Shown piece after piece: positions 22,032 through 24,000 of a stretch of DNA of 24,000 bases (position 1 is the stretch's first letter; each line of letters opens with the position of its first letter). This stretch comes from Olavius algarvensis associated proteobacterium Delta 3 (GTDB taxonomy: Bacteria > Desulfobacterota > Desulfobacteria > Desulfobacterales > CAFBRK01): contig CAFBRK010000074.1 in NCBI GenBank assembly GCA_903231505.1, forward strand, positions 6,640-30,639, given 5' to 3'. The notes below the pieces were generated by a model. The model did no database searches, was not told where the DNA came from, and was given only the letters and a program-made list of their open reading frames with translations. A program made the translations under genes and the position numbers.

Positions 22032-22717
22032 ATGAATAATGCTGACCTGCTGAAATATGAGAAAGCTCGCGGCACCGCCTACAAGAATATCGCAGCATGT
22101 TATCACCCGCCCGGCATCGGTTTACATGAAACGTTGATGGAACTCGAACGCCAGGCAGAGATCCTGGGTTCGGAGGTTTCTCCTCATGTTGAAGTGATGC
22201 GGAGCGGATTTGCCGGCCGGGCAGATGACATCGATGACCTTTGTGTCGACTTTGCGCGGCTATTTATCGGGCCGTATGCCCTGCTGGCGCCGCCCTACGG
22301 GTCGGTATATCTGGACGGCGAGCGCAGAGTAATGGGTAACTCAACGATGCATGTACGCTCGTTTTACAGTGACGCCGGGCTTGAGCTCTCTGCCCAGTTC
22401 AAAGAACCTCCGGATCATATTTTGCCGCGGAGCTCGAGTTCATGCATTTCCTGGTTTTCAAGGAAGTTGAGGCAACGTTGACTCGTCATATGGACCGGGC
22501 CTTCGAATACGTTGATCAGCAGAGCGTGTTTATAAAAAACCATATTGCCGTCTGGGTCCCCCGGTTCGTCCAACAGGTGCTTAAGAATGCGGATACCGGA
22601 TTCTATAAAAATCTGGCTCTGGCAACAGATCTGTTTATCAAAGTCGAACATGATCGGTTTCTCTCCCTCACATCCGGAGCCGGCGGCGAAGCCCTGCAGG
22701 AATCTACATTACGTTAA
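22032..22717 (+). CDS. TorD/DmsD-family redox-enzyme maturation chaperone, interrupted by a 1-nt frameshift (track ORFs 22032-22481 and 22442-22717)
   Basis: Family pattern DFARLFIGPYALLAPPYGSVYLDGERRVMG...EPPDHI continues in the -1 frame as AAELEFMHFLVFKEVEA.... The junction is the T4 run at 22420-22423. One extra T would give PPDHIFAAELEFMHFL. Confidence 0.75.
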
Positions 22718-22728
22718 TTTAGGAGACG

Positions 22729-23409
22729 ATGATCGTGAAGGCCTTTCATGAACTGTTGAAAACCTCCGCCGGAGCCCACGGACATCTTTGCCCGGGGCAG
22801 GTCGTGGGCGTCCGCATGGCCATGCTGGGATGCCGGCTGATCGGCCTGGATGAACCGACCCGCCGGGACCAGATCAAGAAATTGATCGTATACGTCGAAA
22901 TGGACCGCTGCACGGCCGACGCGGTGGCCCACGTCACCGGCGTAAAGCTGGGACGCCGGAGCCTGAAATTCATGGATTACGGGATCATGGCGGCGACGTT
23001 CGTCAATCTGGAAACGGGCCAGGCATTCCGGGTGATTTCCACCGAGGAAGCGCGCAGCCTCGCCGCCCTCTATGCGCCGGAGGTGGAGGAAAAATCGGCC
23101 CGGCAGCTGGAGGCCTACAAGCGGATGCCCGACAGCGTGCTGTTTCGCGTGCAGCGGGTAAACGTAAAGTTTAACGAGTGGGATCTGCCGGGGCCGACCC
23201 GCAGCAAAGTTTCCTGCAGCCGCTGCGGGCAGGTGGTCCGGGATCGGCGGGAGCTGGTCGAAGGCGGTCGGACATTGTGCAAGCCGTGTTCGAAAACCTG
23301 TTATTTCTCCCACGCGCAGGAAGTGGCGTGGCCCGAAATGAACTTTGTGCCGGAGCCCACCGCTGGAAGGTGCGATCGGAACATCAAGCGACATCGTCGC
23401 GTTTCATAA
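22729..23409 (+). CDS. FmdE/FwdE-family protein with C-terminal zinc ribbon
   Basis: AHGHLCPGQVVGVRMA is the FmdE-family H-x-C-P-G motif. The DRC motif is present, along with a C-terminal CSRCGQVV...CKPC ribbon. GTG 22735 has better RBS spacing than ATG 22729. Confidence 0.8.
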   Translation: MIVKAFHELLKTSAGAHGHLCPGQVVGVRMAMLGCRLIGLDEPTRRDQIKKLIVYVEMDRCTADAVAHVTGVKLGRRSLKFMDYGIMAATFVNLETGQAFRVISTEEARSLAALYAPEVEEKSARQLEAYKRMPDSVLFRVQRVNVKFNEWDLPGPTRSKVSCSRCGQVVRDRRELVEGGRTLCKPCSKTCYFSHAQEVAWPEMNFVPEPTAGRCDRNIKRHRRVS

Positions 23410-23468
23410 AAGCGTTGCACGCTTTTTTTCGCGCTGGAATAACATCTTAAACACGAGGAGAGCATGCC

Positions 23469-24000
23469 GTGTTAAAGAAAATCAAAGTCGAAGATGCCGT
23501 CGGAACCCATCTGGCCCACGATATCACTGAAATCCGGCCCGGAGAATTCAAGGGCCCCGCCTTTCGAAAAGGCCACGAAGTCTGCAATGAAGACATCTGC
23601 CGCCTGCAAAAGCTGGGGAAACACCACCTGTATCTCATCGATCTGGACGAAGACGAGATCCATGAGAACCAGGCGGCATCGATTCTGGCGAACAGCCTGG
23701 CCGGAGAAGGTATCGTCTGGGAAGACAACTCGAAGGAGGGGAAAATCGGACTTCACGCGGGATGCGACGGCCTGCTGACCATTGACGCCGCCGCCCTGGC
23801 GGCATTCAATATGGTCGATGAAGTCATGTGCGCCACCCTGCACAGTCACACACTGGTCAAAAAAGGTGAACTGGTTGCGGCCACCCGCGCCATTCCGCTG
23901 GTGATGAAACGGGCGCCGGTGGAGCGTGCTGCCGCCATTGCGGCCCAAAACGGGGGGGTGCTGTCCGTCAACGCCTTGCGAAGGGCCAGGGCCGGTTTGG
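23469..24000 (+). CDS. Molybdopterin-binding protein of the MoeA-like family (5' part; continues beyond the window)
   Basis: The GTG 23469 frame, with GAGGAG 8-9 nt upstream, is open to the window end. It reads VLKKIKVEDAVGTHLAHDITEIRPGEFKGPAFRKGHEVCNEDICRLQKLGKHHLYL..., matching the recalled N-terminus of MoeA-like molybdopterin-binding proteins. It is absent from the ORF track because no stop lies in the window. Confidence 0.65.
   Translation, partial: MLKKIKVEDAVGTHLAHDITEIRPGEFKGPAFRKGHEVCNEDICRLQKLGKHHLYLIDLDEDEIHENQAASILANSLAGEGIVWEDNSKEGKIGLHAGCDGLLTIDAAALAAFNMVDEVMCATLHSHTLVKKGELVAATRAIPLVMKRAPVERAAAIAAQNGGVLSVNALRRARAGL

Noticed and set aside
22714-23394. 226-aa minus-strand ORF opposite the FmdE-like gene
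   Set aside because: It is a mirror ORF of a gene with a clear HGHLCPG motif and Zn ribbon. The same reasoning rejects 20191-20823(-), 19174-19926(-), 18622-19143(-), 6318-6983(-), 7154-7723(-), 14532-15223(-), 185-625(-) and 387-836(-).

Overview
High-GC bacterial chromosome segment with Desulfobacterota-like gene content and sigma-54 regulation; that taxonomic guess is inference only. About 21 genes can be supported.

Left third, mostly housekeeping or accessory: PrmA-like 3' fragment, Sir2 deacylase, a RACo-family ASKHA protein, an EamA transporter on the minus strand, and a tightly packed rhomboid-MoxR-DUF58-transglutaminase cluster.

Centre, the stand-out locus: an ArsR-family regulator followed by a corrinoid membrane protein carrying the diagnostic NVWCAAGK cap-helix motif, then a 97-aa 2x[4Fe-4S] ferredoxin with Cys73 and a C-terminal CCC. 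This is an arsR-hgcA-hgcB mercury-methylation module. Its HgcA carries a tandemly duplicated 37-aa Cys-rich N-terminal leader. A LysE exporter and an AT-richer, partly decayed stretch follow it.

Right third, an apparently complete sensing-to-enzyme circuit: a PhnD-like lipoprotein binding protein, then a membrane HAMP-GAF sigma-54 activator. Two GTCCG-N5-CGGAC palindromes and a near-consensus -24/-12 promoter follow. The operon they appear to drive encodes an orphan REC-like protein, a Tat-exported PsrABC-type molybdopterin oxidoreductase (A/B/NrfD), a TorD-like chaperone, an FmdE-like protein and a MoeA-like molybdopterin-binding protein (runs off the window).

Two genes, the activator and the TorD-like chaperone, are each split by a single-base deficit in a homopolymer run. 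Several short dispersed repeat or hairpin elements occupy the intergenic regions.
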